The translations under genes were made by a program, and so were the position numbers. From Malacoraja senta (Eukaryota), in assembly GCA_038087875.1 (NCBI GenBank), contig JAXLNO010005352.1:1-64000 (forward strand): a DNA stretch of 64,000 bases, given 5' to 3'. Positions 48,628 to 62,131 of the stretch are shown here, piece after piece. The notes below the pieces were generated by a model. That model saw only the letters and a program-made list of their open reading frames with translations. It searched no databases and was not told where the DNA came from. Each line of letters starts with the position of its first letter. Position 1 is the stretch's first letter.

Positions 48628-49775
48628 GTACGATACAATACTATAGAACTTTATTTATCCCAGGATGGAAATTGATCTGCCAACAGTCATGAAAGCACAA
48701 GATATGTGAAACATGAAATTAAAGTGACGATTGGAAAGGATTGGGGATGTACAAATATTTTGAGAGGGGAGGGGGCGTCAGTCTACCCCAGGACAGAAGA
48801 GGGAGGAGTTTGATAGCCACTGTGAAAAGGGATCTCCTGTGGCGTTCTGTACTGCATCTTGGTGGAATCAGACTGTTGCTCAAGGTACTCCTCAGATTGA
48901 CTCATCAGGAAGGCTGGCTTCGTCCAGGGGGTGGAGTTGGATTCATGGGAGGTGCTCATGGAGGGGGTGAGCTGTATTGTCCAACATGCTCCACAGTTTG
49001 AGGAGCATCCTCCCCTCCAAGAGCACCTCCCATGAATCCAACTCCACCCCCTGGACGAAGCCAGCCTTCCTGATGAGTTTGTTAATCCTGTTGGCGTCTG
49101 CGGCTTTCGCTCTGTTGCCCCAGCACGCGACAGCGAAGAAGATGGCTACCACCGATTGGTAGAACATCTGCAGCATCTTGCTGCAGACTTTGAAGGAGCG
49201 GAGCCTTCTCAAAAAGTACATTCCTGTACAGGCCTCAGCGTTCCTGAACCAGTCCAGTTTACTGTCCAGGTACACTCCAAGGTATTTGTACTCCTTGGTA
49301 AAATTCACATCCACACCGTTGATGGAGACGGGGGACAGGGGTGTTCCTCTCCTCCTAAAGTCCACCACTAATTCCTTATTCTTGTCGGTGTTGAGCTGCA
49401 GGGGATTCAGCCCACACCACTCAACAAAGTTGGTGACTCCACCTCTATTCAGCTTCCCTCCCCTCACTGATGCAGCCCACAATTGTAGAGTCATCTGAAA
49501 ACTTGGCAAGAGTCCAAGTTATATCTGATTCCAAGGTGTAGATGGTGAACAGGAAGGGAGAGAGGACCATCCCCTGTAAGCCCCCTGTGTTGTTCACTAT
49601 CTGAGACTGCAGCCTGACATATTGTGGTCATCCAGTCAGGTAGTTGGTGACAGGACACCAATGGAGCATCAGGCTGCATCTTTGTCAGTTTGCTCCCTAG
49701 CAGTGCAGGCCAGATGTTGTTAAAAGCACTGGAGAAGTAAAAAAACGACACAGTGCTTCCCGGCTTATCTAGGTG
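48628..49775 (-). mobile_element. Rex1/Babar-type LINE fragment directly upstream of DNAAF4
   Basis: WCGLNPLQLNTDKNKELVVDFRR...YKYLGVYLDSKLDW...YFLRRLRSF; frameshifted RT. Confidence 0.85.
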
Positions 49776-49825
49776 AGCAAAGGAACGATTGAGCAGGTGG
49801 ATGATGGCATCCTCATGCCCCCATC

Positions 49826-50600
49826 TTTGTTTGACGTAGCATTTTCAGCAAAGAACCTAAGTAGTAATAAGCACAAAATGCTGGATATACTCAGCAGGTT
49901 CAGCAATGGAAGAAATACAAGTGTTAACTTTTCAGATCAAAGACCCTTCATCAAAACCTAATTAGTAATCTAAACTGCTGATATTTAGCCTTCTGTTCCC
50001 TCAATGTACTGTGAAAGAGGTATGTTGCAGACCTCAGGACTTTCCAAAACACTTTAGTGCCAATCAAGTGCTTTTGAAATAAAATGCAGGAAACAATAGA
50101 TCAGCTGGTCCGTAGAGGGAGAAAATGAATGATCATTTTGGACCACCCTCTTCTCATTGACGCGTTATAACTCAACAAACAGCTAAATTTACAGGTAACA
50201 AGGTTCTAGAAACAGCAATGTTATACAGGAGTAGGGTAGATCAGGTAGCCAGGGTAAAAGTAGGAGCATTAGGGACAACAGGGGTAATCTGTGTGTGAAA
50301 GCAGAAGGTGTAGGCAAGATCTGAAATGAATAATGTTCACAAAGGAAAATAACTTTGTAGCTATAGAATTCAGTGAAAGGGTAGGTTAAATTGTAGCACG
50401 TCTCCACAAATAAAAATTATTTACTCAATGCTTTAATGCGCTATATGGTGGATAAATCTCCAGGGCTAGATGGGGTATATCCCTGGCTGCAATGGGAGCC
50501 AGGTAAAGAGATCGGTGCGGTTTAGGGGCAGTAGTGGTTAAAATGGGAAATTATTGAGTTATATGAAGTTATGAGTGATATAGATAGGGTAAACTACAGA
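49826..50600 (+). repeat. Local direct duplication, copy A
   Basis: Collinear similarity with 56440-57712, e.g. AATTAGTAATCTAAACTGCTGAT and GAATTCAGTGAAAGGGTAGGTT. Confidence 0.9.
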
Positions 50601-52856
50601 CAAAGCAAATCATGGCTGAATTAGTGTTCAAGTCATGTTGAATTTATTGTCATATGTACAGCACGATGAGGTACATGTACACTGAAAATCATGCTTGTAG
50701 CAACATCACAAGTATAGACTCAAATTAAACACACAGAAACATTAATCATACATAAAGTACACAAAACATTCTACAAGAGAGGAAAAAGAAAAAAGACTGC
50801 AAAACAACAACACGTTGAGGCAAAACACAATTAGAATATCTTTCACAGGTTAATCTCAATGACAAGGAGTTAAGGTTGTTAGTAGCACGCTTGCCTCAGT
50901 AAAAAGTTATGGGTCGAATTCCACTGCGGGGACATTGCATTGGTAAAATTTACTCTAAAACCCTTTTGGTCCACGTGATAGTCAGAAAAGAATGCTCAAG
51001 CTCTACTTACCTACTGCTCTACCCCTTCCCTGTCCATAGTGTCAATACAGTATTTGCACTCAATATCAAGGTCTGCAACATACAACTGCAGCACGAGCAT
51101 TGTTTCCTAGCTAGAACTGAGGACCGGCAGAGTTATCCACTTGGTCGCATCTATTGTACGCTTATCACAGTGCAAACAGGATGCAGTAAGGTTCAAGCTC
51201 TTCAGTAAGGACATTTACAGAATGATTACATTGTGGTGATTAAATTGTAAAGATAATTACCATCTGCAACATAAATTATACTGTAATATAAAATTAAAAA
51301 AAAGAAAATTTGACATTTCTTCAGAAATAAGTGGTGAAAAAGAACTTATTTTACTCATCTCAAATTTAATTATCTGGTTGTTTTACAGATGATCACAATC
51401 TAGTAACAACAGCTTTAGTAAAGGTAGATAAAAATGCTGGAGAAACTCAGCGGGTGAGGCAGCATCTATGGAGCGAAGGAATAGGTGACGTTTCGGGTCG
51501 AGACCCTCCTTGATTAAATGTCAGCATTTCTCATTAACTGTATTCTACATTTTTCCATTTGTTATACTCATCATTTTCAAACCAATTACACCAGGGACTA
51601 TAGACGTATCATTCATAGCGTTTCATTGATCTATCACAGGCAGGCAGGCAGGCAGGCAGGCATCATCACAAAGCCCAAGATTTTGTCCATATTAAATCAA
51701 GTTTAAAATTAAACTAACTAACATGCAAAACTAACTGACACGCAAACAGCAATTAAGCCTTGCAGAGTTCTTTTTGTGGTAAATGTTGTTGCAATGTGCT
51801 TGCCAGGTGCTAATCTGCCCACAGTATGTCCTCATCAACGTGATAGTGTCATACAGTACAGTTTGTATTTTCTTATTTCTAGCAGCAAATATTATCCATA
51901 CATAATTCATAGTACCCAACATCTTTTGTTTGTCAGTTACTTGGCAAGACGTCTGTAGTTGGTCTCCTCCTGTCAAACAAAAACATCACTGTTTTACACA
52001 CCTGTAGCTTCATTCAATGTAAATCTATCTGATGATGGTTGTGATCATGGGGGAGGGGGACCCTGTCTGACCAATTTCATTGAGTGTTTTGAAAAGGTAG
52101 CAGAATGTATTGATGAGGGCAGCACAATTGATGATGTGCACATAGATCTCACAAAGGCCTTTCACAGGGTCTCAGATGAAACACTGGTCCAAAAGGTTAG
52201 AGCCCATGGGATCCAAGGCACGTTCACAAACTAAATTCCATCTGCTATTGCTCTGATCATCTTACCAACTGAGCATTCTACTAGCATTCTGCATCTTAAG
52301 ACTATCCTTCACACAATCAAAATCACTACCAATTTATGTGTCATCTGCAAACTTACAAATAATTCCTCCTACATTCATATCTAAATTATGAATGTATTAA
52401 CAAATATTAGCAGCTCCAGCATCAATTCACTTGGTACATGATTCCGATCACAAAAGCAACCCTGCACTCTCACCCTTTCCTTCCTATTATCAAGCAAAGT
52501 TTTGATCCAAGGAGCATAAGCTCAGTCTTTAAAATGATATTGATCAGTAGATAAATTGGGCAGGGCAGATGAAAATTAATCCTGATAAGTGTGAGGTTGC
52601 GCACTTTAACAGGACTATTAGGGTAGGACATACAACATAAATAGTAGTGGTGGGGGGTAATGAAGAACAGAGGGACATTGAGGCAGGTAGGGAAGGTAGT
52701 GAAGGCATACGAAATGTAATAAGTAGGAACTACAGATGTTGATTATGCCAAAGAAAGACTTTAAAGTGGAACAGCAGGTAGAGCTGTTGCACCACATTCC
52801 CAGAGACCCAGGTTAGATCCTGATCTCGGGTGCTGTCTGTGTGGAGTTTGCACATT

Positions 52857-53187
52857 ATAGACAATAGACAATAGGTGCTGGAGTAGGCCATTCGGCCCTT
52901 CGAGCCAGCACCGCCATTCAATGTGATCATGGCTGGTCATCTCCAATCAGTACCCCGTTCCTGCCTTCTCCCCATATCCCCTGACTCCGCTATCTTTAAG
53001 AGCCCTATCTAGCTCTCTCTTCAAAGCATCCAGAGAACCTGCCTCCACCGCCCTCTGAGACAGAGAATTCCACAGACTCACAACTCTATGTGAGAAAAAG
53101 TGTTTCCTCATCTCCGTTCTAAATGGCTTACCCCTTATTCTTAAACTGTGGCCCCTGGTTCTGGATTCCCCCAACATCGGGAACATT
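52857..53187 (-). mobile_element. Young CR1 LINE 3' end inserted into a V-SINE (about 52766-53400, +)
   Basis: MFPMLGESRTRGHSLRIRGKPFRTEMRKHFFSHRVVSLWNSL; (CTATTGT)n tail. The SINE V-domain is split at GTTTGCACATT | CTTCCAGTGACC. Confidence 0.85.
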
Positions 53188-56100
53188 CTTCCAGTGACCA
53201 CGTGAATTTCCTCTGGGTGCTCCAGTTTTCTCCCATATCCCAAAGTCGTGCAGGTATGCGAGCTAATTTTCCTCTGTAAATTGCCCCTAGTTTGTAGCGA
53301 ATGTGATACCATAAAACTAGTGTAAACGGGTGATGGATGGTCAGTGTGGGCTGAAAGACTTGGTTCCATGGTGAATCTCTGAACTAAACTGAACTAAAGA
53401 CACAAAATGAAAGGAGAATGCAAGGAAGGGTCCCGACCCAAAACATCACCTATCCATGTTATCCTGAGATGATGCCTATCCCATTGAGTTACTCCAGCAT
53501 TTTGTTTATTTTTAAGGCATGCAGAATATTAGCCGCCGTATAGAGTATAAGAACAAGTATATTTATGGTACAACTTGAATCCACCTCCAGTTTCCTATAG
53601 CAGCATGTTCCATATACCCAGCACCTCTGTGTGAAAAACATTGTCCCTCAGATCTCTTAAATCTTTTCCTTCTCAGCTTAAATCTATTCCTCTAATTTTA
53701 GTATCTACTACCTTTGTAAAAGAACTATGGCCATCCACCTTATTTGCACCCCTTATGATTTTATACAGTATATATATATATATATATATATCTCTATAAG
53801 GTCACCTTTTAGTCTCTTATGTTCCAGGGGAAAAAGTCCCAGCCTATCCTATAACCCAAGCTCTCCAGTCCTGGTAGCATCCTTGTGAAACTTTTTCTAC
53901 TCCTTCCAGCTTAATGATGTTTCATTCCTGTTTGGTGACCAGAACAGTGCACAATACCCCAAGTGTGGTCTCATAAACAACTAGTACAGTTGGTACGTGA
54001 CATCCCAACTCCTGCATTATTGCCTTGATGGAAGAAGGCCAGTGTATCTTTTTCAATGCCTGCAAGCTGCATTGCCACATTTATGGAACTATGTACTTGT
54101 ACACCTATGTCTCTCTGTTCTAAAACACATTAAAGGGCCCCATCATTTAATGTGTAAGTTCTGCCTGATTTAACTTACCCATTTGCAGCATCTCACATTT
54201 TTATGAGTTAAATGTCATCTCCATTCTTTGGGCCAATTCCTCAGTTCATCTGGATACTATTATCATCTTAGATAACCCTCTTCACTGTCCACTGTACCAC
54301 CAGTTTTGATGTTATCTGCAAACTTACTAACCATGTTAACAACATTGTTATCCAGACGCATGCAGAGGAGAATCACAAAAAGTGTTGTCTCTGATGGAAT
54401 GTTTCAGTTACGAGGAGAGACTGAATAAATTTGATTTCCTGTGATGGAATTCTGCTCTAATTCCATTTACATTTTCAGATGACACCAGTGCAGTGGGTAG
54501 GAAGGAACTGCAGATGCTGGTTTAAACAAAAGATAGACACAAAATGCTGGAGTAACTTACCTTGTTACAGGCAGCATCTCTGGAGAGAAGGAATACGTGA
54601 CGTTTCTGGTCGAGACACTTCTTCAGACTAGTCAGGGGAAAGGGAAACAATAGATATAGACAGTGCAGTGGGCCAGTCTCGAACAATGAAGAGAAGTAGT
54701 ACAGAGAGGAGAAAGAGAGCTTAGTAACATGTTATCATGACAAAAACTCTTCCTTAATGTCAGCAAAATGAAGGAACTAGCCATTGATATCGGAAGCCGA
54801 GTGGAGTACTCACCCTCGTCTGCATCAATGGCGCTGAAATGGAAATGTTCGAGAGCTTCAAGTTCCGAGACATAAATGACACCAGCAAAATGTCCTGATT
54901 TAAACAAAGATAGAAGAAGGAATGACTGGGATGTAAGTGATGTGTCAAAGGGCACCAAGATGTGTTTGTAATTGTTTACATTTTGAGTATTTTAGTAAGC
55001 ATACAGAGTACAATGTTCAAGTATGTTGTTTTCTTGTGATAAGCATGTACATTAATATAAATATCGAGTATTATTGTGGATTCAATACCATGGATGGTCC
55101 AGAGATGTTGATGTAATGCTCTTCTCGTGTAATCTTAATGTCTTAAAGTTACCAGCTTCACACACAAACTGCAACTGTGATTCACAAGCCATCCGCCTAT
55201 TAAGCACTGCCCATCCATTCTCCCTCACTCTTATATGTGCTCGTGATGATCAGGGGTCTAACAAGAAGCACACTGTGGGTTAGAACACATTGAGTTACAT
55301 ACAGTTAGAACTAATAAATTAAAGGTCTCTCCCAATTAATGAACAAATTAACTGAACAAATCGTCGCTAAAATACCAGGCTTTGTATAATTAATCACTGA
55401 TCAAAGTTTTTGTTTTGTTCAGTTGGAGACTAATTTTTCAAATACAGGCCATGAAACCAGTGAAATATAACATGGTATTGGTTTATTACTGTCACGTGCA
55501 CCAAAATACAGTGAAAAACGTTGTTTTAACATCTCCTTGGTTAGGTAAATGGGAAACAAGCTATGAAATAAACAAGCCATTTAAAATAGAATGGAAATTG
55601 TCTGGAGCATACGTGCTCCTCCATCTGCCAAAAATAGCCCCTGGTTGAATGACTTGTACATTACGGATTGTATTTTCAGCTTGTTAAATCCAGCTTCTGA
55701 TTTACCTTTCCTTATTGGCAAGAGAATGATGAAATTCTGACATTTTCTTTACATGGTAACTTTTTATGGTAACTGGTATCCTCCATGTAAATTACATGTT
55801 TGCAGTATCTTCTGCTGATACCATTTTTTGCAAACCAAGGTTTTTTTTTAAAGAACCGAACCTCTTTGTTAATTAGGAGAAACATGTATGACCATTCATA
55901 GTTTTTGCCCGTGAGCAGATGACTATTTGGGCCACCCCATTCTTCATTATGCTCATCTGAAACAGAAGCCCTACCTCCCCCAAACCACTTTATCGTAATG
56001 ACTCAATGTACCATGTTTCCTCACTCCATGTGTATTGTGACTATGCTTCACAGCCACTGCACATATTATTCACAGCTAATCCATCTATTTCTTTCACCCT

Positions 56101-56805
56101 TATCTGTGGTCTTGGACCACAAAAGTTCAAATACAATTAATGTTTTTATGTTGACGGACACAGAGAATCATGTTAGGACTGAACTGCTGACCCTTCTGAC
56201 TGTTGAATGTCTTACACTGGTCAAGTATTCTGTCATGCTTCATTATTAGATTACTTTCAGTTTATTACAATGTAAAGTACATAATTCAGATGGAAATTCT
56301 TAGTTAGTGTTTTGAATACAAATTATAGTAGAGACAAAGAGAATTGAAGACTGGTACTTAGAATCAGTGTGTTTCTGTTGCCTCCCATACTTAGTCATAT
56401 GTATGCATATTTCATTTTCAACAAATTAACATTGAGCTTTTTTTTAAATGTAGCGTTTTCAGCAAAGCACCTAATTCGTAATAAAAGTACAAAATGCTGG
56501 ATATACCCAGCAGGTTCAGCCACATCTATCAGAAGAAATACAAGAGTTCACTTTTCAGATCAAAAACCCTTCATCAAAATCTAATTAGTAATCTAAACTG
56601 CTGATGTTTAGCCCTCTGCTCTCTCCATGTACTGAGAAAGAAGTAACTTGCAGATCTCAGGACTTTCCAAAACACTTTAGGGCCAATCAAGTGCTTTGTA
56701 AATAAACCAGAAAAAAATGCAGGAAACAATAGATCTGCTAGTCCATGGAGAGAGAAAATGGATTATCATTTTGGTCCATCACTCCTCTCATTGGTGCATT
56801 ATATA

Positions 56806-57200
56806 TCCTTCTTAGGCCCCTCTTGGTCAGGGTTGGAGGGCACCTGTGCGTGACTTTGTTTAACGTGGGGAGACTGGTGCACAGACAGCCACCACACGGT
56901 CCTTGACATATCTGGGTCAAGATCCAGTGGCATGGAGTCCAAGACGACCGGAGACCCTTTTCTGCTGCCGCCTTCATCCGCCTTCCCAGCCGTTGTGACG
57001 CTCCACTAAGGTCAGCCATCATCCTCCGCCTGTTCCACCGTTGAGGTCTTGGTTTGATTGCTCTTCGTCAGAGTCCTCCCCTTCGACCTTACCGCCATGG
57101 GTGGCCCAACCAGGAGCATAGCTCCAGATGGCATCGCTCTCAGGATCTCAGGACCACAAAAGCTTCTCCACCACGACAAGATGACAATCCACGGAGAAGT
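56806..57200 (-). mobile_element. Non-autonomous RTE-derived bipartite element, about 395 bp
   Basis: The minus strand starts CTTGTCGTGGTGGAGAAG...GGGCCACCCATGGC...CTGACGAAGAGC (RTE 5' UTR-like) and ends GCCTAAGAAGG. ATTATA repeat at both flanks; absent from the paralogous copy A. Confidence 0.7.
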
Positions 57201-57262
57201 ATTATAAATCAGAAAACAGCTATATTTACAGATAACAAGGTTCCACAAACATCAATGTTATA

Positions 57263-57391
57263 TCTAAAAAAGGGTCTCAACCCGAAACGTCACCCATTGC
57301 TTCTCTCCAGAGATGCTGCCTGTCCCGCTGAGTTACTCCAGCATTTTGTGTCTACCTTTGATTTAAACCAGCATCTGCAGTTCTTTCCTAC
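57263..57391 (+). mobile_element. Solo Penelope terminal-repeat insertion, 129 bp
   Basis: 14-bp TSD ACATCAATGTTATA (57249-57262 and 57392-57405); empty site present in copy A. Confidence 0.9.
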
Positions 57392-60300
57392 ACATCAATG
57401 TTATACTGAAGGGTACGGTAGATCAGATAGCCAGGAAAAAAGTAGGGGCATTAGGAACAACAGGGGCAATCTGTGTGTGTAGCCAGAATGTCTGAAACGA
57501 ATAACATTCACAAAGGAAAATAATGTTGTTGCTGTAGAATTCAGTGAAAGGGTAGGTTCAATTGTAGCACGTCTCCATAAATAAAGATGATTTACTCAAA
57601 TCTTTAATGCGCTATATGGAGGATAAATCAGGGTCAGATGGGATATATCCCTGGCTGCAAAGTAGATATGATCGAGGTACAGGAAGTTATGAGTGATATA
57701 GATAGGGTACACTGCAGGAAACTTCTCCCATTATCAATGACAAATAAAGCTACAGGCAAATAAGGACACTGATTTAGGGTAAGGAGTAAGAGAATTTGAT
57801 GAGATCTGAGGGGGAACCTTCTTCATCCAGAGAGTGGTGATTACCTGGAACAAACTCCCAGTGAGAGTGATGGAAGCAGTGGCATTGACAGCATTTAATG
57901 GCCTAGATATTCGCTTAGGCATAGGACACTTTGTTCTTTTTTTCTGTTTGAATTTCTGTTAGAAATGGGATTAATCTGCATGGGTGTCCATTGGTTGGTG
58001 TGGAATTGGTGGGCAAATGGCCTGTTTCCTGCTGTTGACTCAGTGACACCATGAACATATTATATGATCGATGTATCTGATTAAAATCACAATAGCAAAC
58101 AGCATTCGAGCCCAAAATTAACTGCAGCATTTCACTTGAAAAATCCATCAGCGCATTTCAGCCACAAGCCAAAGTTAATCTAATGTTTGATGTATGATTT
58201 CTTTTCATTGTCTAATATGATTTTGTTTACTTGACAGGTTCATTTCCCCCTAAATGTTGTCATTCATCTGTCATAATAGCTGGAAGATAGAGATGGGTTA
58301 AGGTGACGGGAGACAGCTTTGAGCACAAGAAACGTGGGCAAATATGTTCCTTCAGGTGACGAGAAGTCTGGAGGAACAGCATTGTTTGACTCAATTTCCG
58401 GTCAGTCAGGCTGACTTCTCTGTCAGGCAGCAAAGACCAGACATAGTTAGGGAGCAACACGGACATAGAAATGGAGAGAGAGACCGGTAACCATGTTTGG
58501 AGATGGGGATGGAGGTCGTGGATGTCGGCTGCGGAAAATTTGGAAGAGTAGTGAACATCTGGTGAAAGGGAACGGAGGAGTCATAGGGACATCAGAAGAT
58601 CCATAACTAGCTTGTCAAAATATCCCATTCCATCTCAGTGCTGAAATTGCTGCCCCAAACCTTTAATCTTTTAATAGGTATTTTCAGAGCAATTACTTTC
58701 TTGCATAGCTGAGATAATTGTACATCCAGCAGGTCGGTCCCTGGTGAGTTCTGTGCATTCACTTGGCCCTAGTTTTCTTAATCTCCTTCATGTTGAGAGG
58801 CTTATCTTACTGTTTCTACTGCTCTGTTTCTAATTGGGAAAGCTTATTGTGTTAAGGCATGCATTGCTCGATGGGCGCTGGGGAACATTCCATGAATTGT
58901 GTTTTATTTTTGTAGAATACCATGAATGTCGGGTTAATCTCCTCTTTCCTGGTCAGAATTCCCTTCTCTCCTTTAATTATGTATTTGTGACAATGCTGCA
59001 TTTTTTGAACAGATATTTCCCTTCTATTTATCAATGAATGTAAGTATGATTACTAAATGCTAATTTCAATTTAATGAATTAAATCCTCCGTATAAAACAC
59101 AACCCACTTAACACAATGGAATAATCTGCCTCAATGGTACTATGCATGGGAGATGCAGAATTATGCTTTTCAGCATAAACAGCGAATCAAAAGTATCTAG
59201 AAAATGTATTGTTATTACCTATGTAGATGTGACTTTATACCTATAACAATAAAGGAATTTAAGAAGGTACCACGGGCCTTTATATTAATAGAAGTGTTAA
59301 GAATTTAAAGGAAAATACCTTCGGGTTCCAAGAATTCCAAAGAGGTGAAGGTTTGTAGGTTTATTGGCTTCTGTAAATTGTCCCGAGTGTGTAGAACAAT
59401 GTGGGTGGGTGATCGATGGTTGGCATGGACTTGGTGGGCTGAAGGGTCTGTTTCCATGCTGTATCCCTAAGCTAAACTAAGCTGGTACTTCAATCCATGT
59501 CTGTTAAATTTACATTTTATATTTTGTACATTTGGTGACTCTTGATTACCAGGTAAAATGCTTAGTTTGAAAGAAAATTATCTACATTTCCAGTCCAACA
59601 GTATTGGCATTGACATTCTCTGGCTCAGTAAAAAAATTAATCGCACCAGGCTCGCTTCTAACATTTCACTCAAATGTTTGTGAGTGAATGTGTATCTAAC
59701 CATCACCCTCATCTGAAACTATAATAAAATAATGAAGCAGCTACTGGAACAATCTGTGTGGCTTTGATTTGGTGTTCATACTTGGCAGCTACAGGTGCAG
59801 AAGTTGAGGTAGTTAAAGTGGAATACTGGTCTAAAGAAGGTCAGAAGATGAGAAGGCACGCAGCAGTAAAGGTTATGTCCCCCTTTGTGCGTTTACTGTT
59901 TTTGTTATGAAGATTGGCATTATGATCGGATTACTGTTCAGGATGCATGAACGGAGGGATGCTATAGGGCCATGTCGATACCACAGTGGGGTGCTCTGCA
60001 GAGAGTCTGCTAACTCAATTACAAGTCCACTGAATTAGCTTCACTGCTGACAGATAAAGGAAGGAAAAGTCAGCTTGATGTTCCAGATCTTACTGCTATT
60101 CACTGCCCTAGTTTGCAGTGCCGAACTCAAGAGTTAAGAGTGTTTTATTGTCATATATCCCAGATAGAACAATGAAATTCTTACTTGCAGTAGCACAACA
60201 GAATATGTAAACATAGTACTCTGTAAACTATATAATAAACAAGCAAAAAAGTTGTGTGTGTGTGCGTGCGACAACCCAGGGGCCTCACCATAGCTTTCCC

Positions 60301-60896
60301 CCAAGAAGTGAACCTTTTTATGTATGACATCATTGCTCAATTAGATCTACCAGGGTGAAACATGGATTGGATCATTAAGCTGTTTATTCCCAGTGAGTTT
60401 AATAGAAAATGTAGGTTCATTCAGATATACATTTGCATGATAATGTAACTATAGGGATATTCAATATTTCCAGAATTGAAGAGTCATGTATCTCAGTTAA
60501 AGAGATTTTCCAATAACCTCCAATATTTTTAATCTCTGTATCAGCAATTGCCTTTATAATTTTTCCTGCACTTGCAGCTGTACTTTGGGTGACAAAGACC
60601 TCAGCCTTCTTCAATTACCATCTCCTAGCAAGAAACCAATTGCCAGGTTTTCCAACACAATGTCACAGTGATGTTTGCTGTTCACACAAATGAGATGAAA
60701 AATGTGCTTTGTTCAGTCTCTCGGTGAAAGAAGTTCCTTCATTTTTGAAACATGTAAGGGTAAACACTGCTGTTAAATACCCAAGACTGGTGGAAATGCA
60801 AAACCAATTCCCAATAATTACTTTTTTAATCTGATTTGTAATGAGGGGACCAAATTTAGTGGCAGCACCATGTACTGAACGTCATCTCAGATGAGT

Positions 60897-60910
60897 CCAC
60901 TAGATGGTGC
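60897..60910 (+). promoter_or_regulatory. Candidate CTCF site
   Basis: CCACTAGATGGTGC closely fits the CTCF core CCASYAGRKGGCRS; motif match only. Confidence 0.45.
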
Positions 60911-61112
60911 CATGATCTGCCACATCTATCCACTAACTCTCACACACATTACACACAATGATAATGGCCCAGAACTGGAGGCTTTAAAATAGAGAAACTA
61001 CCAGCATTATTTTGTGGAATTAACAGGAACTCAGGCATTCATTTATGTTCATATAAATATAGAAATCCCAAAACTGTTATCGGTGACACTTATTAGTTAT
61101 AAGTGGCAGCAC

Positions 61113-61417
61113 AGTGGCACGGCTGGTAGAGCTGCTGCCTCACAGCACCAGAGATACGGGTTCGATTTTGACCTCATGTGCTGTCTGTGTGGAGTTTGCA
61201 CGTTCTCTCTATGACCGCGTGAGTTTCCTCTGGGTGCTCTGGCTTCCTCCCACATCACAAAGACAGGCGGGTTTGTTAGTTAATCAGCCTCTGTAAATTG
61301 CCCCCAGCGTGTAAGGAGAGGATGCGAAAATGGGATTACATAGAACTGGTGTGAACGGGTTGACTCAATGGGACGAAGGACCTATTTCCATGCTGTATCG
61401 CTAAACTAAACTAAACT
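61113..61417 (+). mobile_element. V-SINE (HE1-like) copy
   Basis: A/B boxes, V-domain, (CTAAA)n tail. Confidence 0.85.
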
Positions 61418-62096
61418 GATATTTAAAGCCGTGTTAGCAAAGGAAAGTAGTGCAGAATTAGTCAAACAAGTAGGACTTCAACACTTATATTCTGACAGCA
61501 AAGTTCCACTGAAATGGTAATGCCTAAGAATTTATCTCAAGTCAGCAGTGCTAAATGTAGCAAATATTATACCGTGGTGGCAGCCCATAGAACGTTGCTC
61601 TCATCAGTCATGATTTTTATGAATGCTATTGACAGGTAATGGTTTTCAATGGAACTGAAATGTAAATACAAGAAACTGAGATGCTGGTCTACAAAAAAAG
61701 ACACAAAGCGCTGGAGTAACTCAGCGGGCCAGGCACCATCTATATATGTGGATAGGTGACGTTTTGGGTCAGGACCAGAAATGTTGCCAGCCATGTTCTC
61801 CAGAGATGCTGCCTGACACGCTGAGTTACTCCAGCACAGTGTCTGAAATTAATGTAAAGTAGAATACATTATTGTAAAGAATCAGGATGGATTTCATGGC
61901 TTATGCCTTATAAATGGGGTATAAAAAAGTTTTTTAAACTGCATGCTGTCATAATAATTACTGAACAACTATAAAGGAATGTTTTAATGTGTGAAGACTT
62001 AACTTCCTCAGATTTATTATTTTAAACTGTTGTAAGTGTTAATATAGTCAGGATTTTACATATATTTTGCCTTCTACCTTTATACATATACATGAT

Positions 62097-62098
<2 letters not shown>

Positions 62099-62131
<33 letters not shown>

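Larger units (their letters stand above)
56440..57712 (+). repeat. Local direct duplication, copy B (carries two later insertions)
   Basis: Collinear with 49826-50600 once the insertions at 56806-57200 and 57263-57391 are removed. Confidence 0.9.

Noticed and set aside
61567-61794. Minus-strand peptide IMTDESNVLWAATT, vaguely like the end of the PYGO1 PHD finger expected by synteny
   Set aside because: Lacks the PHD cysteines and runs into a Penelope repeat. No PYGO1 exon is supported in this window.
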